A DNA stretch of 64,000 bases from Lepidodermella squamata (Eukaryota; Animalia; Gastrotricha): contig JBLDXI010000009.1 in NCBI GenBank assembly GCA_047495785.1, positions 2,542,001 to 2,606,000 of the forward strand, given 5' to 3'. Shown in pieces: positions 63,352 to 64,000 of this stretch (positions are counted from its first letter, which is position 1; every line of letters starts with the position of its first letter). Position numbers and translations under genes: made by a program. The notes below the pieces were generated by a model. The model was not told the DNA's origin and did not search any database. It worked only from the letters and a program-made list of their open reading frames with translations.

Positions 63352-64000
63352 CTGCAACGCATTTTTTATTGGTTCGAAAAATCCAAAGAATTATAAGATT
63401 ACATTTCATTATTGTAGGGATCGCCGAAAAACTGCATGCACTCGCATTTTTGAAAAGTCTCTTCAATCCAGGCTGAAGTGTTTAACAGCTGTTTTATGGG
63501 AATGTATAATAGCAATAAAATTCTGGAAAAATCGCGTTTACAGCCGAACTATTGACAATGACTGTTGACCGCCGCATTGCATCAAGTGAATATCGCAGCT
63601 ATAGGCTCTTCGAAATCTGGAACATTTAAAACAAACGTAAGAATTAGTAGACCATCAATACTATGGAACTAGAGCAATTGAGCTCTTATCATTTACTAGC
63701 AATTTTTTATCTCACTATAATATTCTTCAGTATAAGGCGCAGTGCATTTATACCAGGCGTGATAATAACTCATTTGTTTCACGTGAAAAGTCCGCTTTCA
63801 CCGTAAATTAGGCGTATCCGTCTTATGATACTTATAAACTTATAAGAATGGAACAAAGATTGTAAATATTTTGCATTTACATTCTAGGACACAGTAGCAG
63901 CGTGTTTCAACTGACAAATCAATCGAATACTTCTGGGTCGAAAAATTTGGCCGTTAACATTGAAAAAGTGGGGCAAAGTTTCTGTATTTTCCAGCAAATC

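Overview
Eukaryotic (invertebrate animal) genomic DNA with short GT-AG introns (often 45-60 nt, many TTTCAG acceptors); the taxon cannot be fixed from the sequence, although the astacin-EGF-CUB architecture resembles nematode NAS and echinoderm SpAN proteins. The window holds: five three-exon clan-3 cytochrome P450 paralogues on the minus strand; a degenerate astacin-EGF-CUB-kringle gene with a decayed LINE in an intron; four near-identical two-exon genes for a secreted, extremely cationic Lys/Gly/Ser/Phe-rich protein, three of them interleaved with the P450s; an intron-containing tRNA-Ile(UAU); an orphan gene with two LamG/ConA-like domains; an Emx homeobox gene in a ~10 kb non-coding block; a two-exon secreted precursor built from a 66-bp repeat (5 identical cores between 6 spacers); a PRMT5 exon fragment; two intronless class C (GABA-B-like) GPCRs; a TRPM channel whose 5' end was not located; and several MITE-like repeats. 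The best candidate for an undescribed system is the set of secreted repeat/cationic precursor genes, whose signal-peptide exons the ORF track misses, together with their alternation with the P450s. Function is inference only.
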